From: Macrostomum lignano
Taxonomy: Eukaryota
Assembly: GCA_002269645.1 (NCBI GenBank)
Contig: NIVC01003017.1
Coordinates: forward strand, 1 to 62,707
Direction: 5' to 3'
DNA length: 62,707 bases
A model generated the notes under the pieces. The model saw nothing but the letters and a program-made list of their open reading frames with translations. It had not been told where the DNA came from and made no database searches. Positions 60,101 through 62,707 of this stretch are shown piece by piece (the stretch's first letter is position 1; each line of letters begins with the position of its first letter). The position numbers and the translations under genes were made by a program.

Positions 60101-61600
60101 TGGCTTTAGCTTAAGATTGGCTTCAATGAGCCGCCTGAACATTTCGCGAAGATGTTCGAGGTGCTCCTCGAAGGCAATACTATGAATGACAATGTCATCC
60201 ATGTATCCTAAAGCGAACTTAGTGATACCGTCTAGCAGCATATTGATGCATCGCTGGAAGGCTCCAGGGCTATCGCGAAGCCCCATAGGCAAGACGTTGA
60301 ACTCAAACTGACCTCGATTGATCACTGAGAAGGCTGTGCGAAAACGATCCTCTTCACGCAACGGGATCTGATAAAATCCTTGAGCAAGATCCAAGCTGCT
60401 GAACCATTGAGATCCACGGAGACATGCAAACGTCTCCTGGATAGATGGCAACGGATACGGGCGATATTCGCATCTCTCATTCAGCTCGCGATAGTCATGG
60501 ACTATGCGGACAGATTTGTCCTTCTTAGGCACTACTAAGATAGGAGAGCTGTAGCTTGAATAAGATGGCCTGATCAAGCCCTTCTCTAGCATCTCATCTA
60601 GCAGCTGATTGACCTGCTCTTGCAGGTGCGGGGGGACCCTGCGAGCTGGGATCCTAACTGGAGTCTCGTCCCGCATGACGATCTGATGGGTCACCAGGTG
60701 AGTCAGACCGTGATCAAGAGTGTGCGTGGAGAACGCATTACGCGACTCTCTGATCAGCTCTCGAACCTGGGACTTCTGGTCCTCCGTGATCGAATCGCCT
60801 ATCTCTATCTCATTGATCCAATCGTCACTGGCTGCATTTATGTTATCGTCTAGGTGCAACTTGCGCACAGGTGTTGCTTTCAGTTCTGGATAGTACTCGA
60901 GGTCTTGCGTTCGGAGCGGTGTGGCAAGGCCCACCAAGGCTCCTTTGGCTATATTAACTGGAAAGTTGTTAGGATTAACAACTTCCATGCAGCCTTTGCC
61001 TTCATGCATCGTTACCAATGCTGCAGATGCGCGGACCTGGAAAGCCCAGCGCGGAGTCCAGATCTGAGTGGTTCAACCACTGCTGGCACTCCATAATTCG
61101 ATTCTTTGCCACGTGCCAGTTGCACAGATATGAGGCCAGAACTTCGAGCAGGAATCTGATGTTTTCCGGCAACATAGACTCTGCACGAGGTTGGCTCACG
61201 GCGCGTATAGCGCACGGGTACACAAGTACCAGTAGTGAGGGTAAGCATTCCTGTCTGGAACTCCAAGGTCCGACAGTGCTTCCTCATAAAATCAATGCCT
61301 AGGAGATTCTCCTGATCGCCGCTTACAATGTAGAATTCAGCTTCAGCTGAGAAATCTCCGAAGACAACATCAAGCATAACCTTACGGTTAGCTGTAATTC
61401 AGAACCATCATAGGTTAGAATACGATCAGAATAAGTAGGCGTAACTACGCATGCATGTGCAGTACTGCGCGATAACAATCGCCAAGTAGAAAGGCCCATC
61501 AGGTTCAGTCTGCTCCCGCTGTCGAGAAGCAAGGGAACCTGTTGGCCGAAAATAAGCGCAGTTACATAAGGATCAGCACCAGAGTTATATACATTATTTA
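57173..61600 (-). CDS. Gypsy pol (aspartic protease, RT, RNase H, integrase); protease region broken by two single-base frame breaks (~61385, ~61045)
   Basis: LLLDSGS; LLGIDF; LDLAQGFYQI; MPMGLRDSP; GYMDDIVI; CDASG..IGA; TDHRAL; NADSLSR; HDAPLSGH..C..C; HCDVVGP; TDQGTNF; NGQVENLN. RT-IN is uninterrupted for 1281 aa. Confidence 0.95.
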
Positions 61601-62607
61601 CAAAAGAAGAGTCTACGGTATCGCCAGACTCTCCAGACTGCTTTAGTGCGACTTCGGGGTTGGCCCTGGAGAGGGTCCTGGTTGGCAACCCCCGCCCGGA
61701 CGTTTCCCGGCTTCTGAGCCTTGAACTTAGGACAGTCAGGCCTCTTGTGGCCTGGTTTACCGCACTCGTGGCACACAATGCCTTGCAGCCTATCTCTGAC
61801 AGGTGCGGCTGGCGTCTGCTTGAGAAGCTGCTCAAGCATCTGCTGCTGCTTCTGCAGAACCTCATTCTGATGCCTGATTAGATTCTTAAGCTCATCGTCC
61901 TGTCGGGGAACCGTAGCTTTGTCCCCACCAAGGCTGCGACAGGGTGCGTCTTTGCTGCGGGCAGCAAGCTCACGCGCTGTCTCGATGCGCTTGAAGGCGA
62001 ACTTGGCGTCCTGTAGAGTCTCTGGACGACCCCAGTACAGCCGTTCTCTCGCCTCAATTGTAGTTCTGACACCTTTCAGGAACTGATCAACAAGTTCTGA
62101 TTCGAGCTGAGCTGGCAAGAGATAAGGATAAGCGAGTTCTCCGAGTTCGCGGAGAGCATCTGCAAACTCGTCAATGTCCTCGTTCTTGCGCTGAGTTCGG
62201 CAGCGGAAATCTTCTCGGAATTCCTGTGAGCCGCCTCTCTTTGAGAATCTCTCAATCAGCGCTTCCTTAAACTCTTCGTACTCCAGATGGTCTGGCAAGT
62301 TCAGGCGCAGGACCGAAGCATACGCCGTGTGCACGTCAAGGTTGGCGAGCAACTCCGCCTTCCTGTGGCAGGCACGAATGTCTTCGGTATCGCAGCGAAG
62401 ATCGAAGGCTTTGATCCACGTGCGGATGTCTTGGGATGGCGTGTATTTAGCCATCTTGACATGCTGCCTGACTTGGCCTATACCAAGCTGGCGCTCCAGT
62501 GCATCAGCGAGACGATCAAGACGTTCGCCTAGTACCGGTTCCTCAGCTCCTGCTCCAGCACCATCGTCAGGTGGTGCCATTGAAGCACGACTGCTGGCAA
62601 TAGACAT
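61594..62607 (-). CDS. gag: Gypsy gag with CCHC zinc knuckle
   Basis: CHECGKPGHKRPDC; WIKAFD..C; RTQRKNEDIDEFADALRELGELAYP; DQFLKG. Confidence 0.9.
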   Translation of the reverse strand: MSIASSRASMAPPDDGAGAGAEEPVLGERLDRLADALERQLGIGQVRQHVKMAKYTPSQDIRTWIKAFDLRCDTEDIRACHRKAELLANLDVHTAYASVLRLNLPDHLEYEEFKEALIERFSKRGGSQEFREDFRCRTQRKNEDIDEFADALRELGELAYPYLLPAQLESELVDQFLKGVRTTIEARERLYWGRPETLQDAKFAFKRIETARELAARSKDAPCRSLGGDKATVPRQDDELKNLIRHQNEVLQKQQQMLEQLLKQTPAAPVRDRLQGIVCHECGKPGHKRPDCPKFKAQKPGNVRAGVANQDPLQGQPRSRTKAVWRVWRYRRLFFCK

Positions 62608-62672
62608 TGCTATGATTACTAAGTGAGACTAAGACGTAGGTGGACGAAGGATTGACGTGGTCGTTTTACCGG

Positions 62673-62690
62673 ATCCCACCGCTGCCACCA
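62673..62690 (-). other. Primer-binding site complementary to the tRNA-Leu 3' end
   Basis: TGGTGGCAGCGGTGGGAT lies 1 nt after the LTR end. It is complementary to ...AUCCCACCGCUGCCACCA, the 3' end of animal tRNA-Leu(AAG/UAG). Confidence 0.85.
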
Positions 62691-62707
62691 GTGTTATGCC
62701 GTGGCTC

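Larger units (their letters stand above)
54914..62707 (-). mobile_element. Ty3/Gypsy LTR retrotransposon; the 5' LTR continues beyond the window
   Basis: TGTTATGCCGTGGCT occurs at both 54914 and 62692 (LTR end ...TAACA). PBS, gag-CCHC, protease, RT, RNase H, integrase and a PPT are all present. Confidence 0.95.

Noticed and set aside
61012-61377. ORF track entry labelled '+' (MLDVVFGDF...)
   Set aside because: The peptide is encoded on the minus strand (reverse complement of 61377 downward) and is part of the Gypsy protease region, not a separate plus-strand gene.

Overview
Eukaryotic (invertebrate metazoan-like) genomic window: GC-rich exons, AT-rich spliceosomal introns and TTAGGG-type hexamers. 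The style resembles a free-living flatworm such as Macrostomum, but that is inference only. Left to right: (1) 1-21.5 kb, a head-to-tail Helitron array. Three ~1.75-2.5 kb non-autonomous units precede a 10.8 kb apparently intact autonomous Helitron with a 9-exon RepHel gene (~1570 aa, one GC-AG intron), followed by a satellite-bearing unit. (2) ~21.8-35.2 kb, a near-complete Maverick/Polinton (adintovirus-like) endogenous virus with pPolB, packaging ATPase, adenain protease, major and minor capsid, core-like protein and integrase. It also encodes a TATA-binding-protein (TBP)-fold domain and a tandem PC4/Sub1 protein whose first domain is missed by the ORF track. This is the headline finding. 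(3) 35.2-40.6 kb, a P/THAP DNA transposon (44-bp TIRs, 7-bp TSD) nested in a Gypsy relic, plus a mariner relic. (4) Two host genes: a secreted ALK/LTK-type glycine-rich protein preceded by nine tandem uORF-bearing repeats, and a GT61 glycosyltransferase. An RTE-like LINE relic and tRNA-derived SINEs are nearby. (5) 54.9-62.7 kb, a Gypsy LTR retrotransposon on the minus strand with a tRNA-Leu PBS, a -1 frameshift signal, an extra ORF3 and a second PBS inside the LTR. All calls come from manual reading and remembered family motifs; no searches were run.
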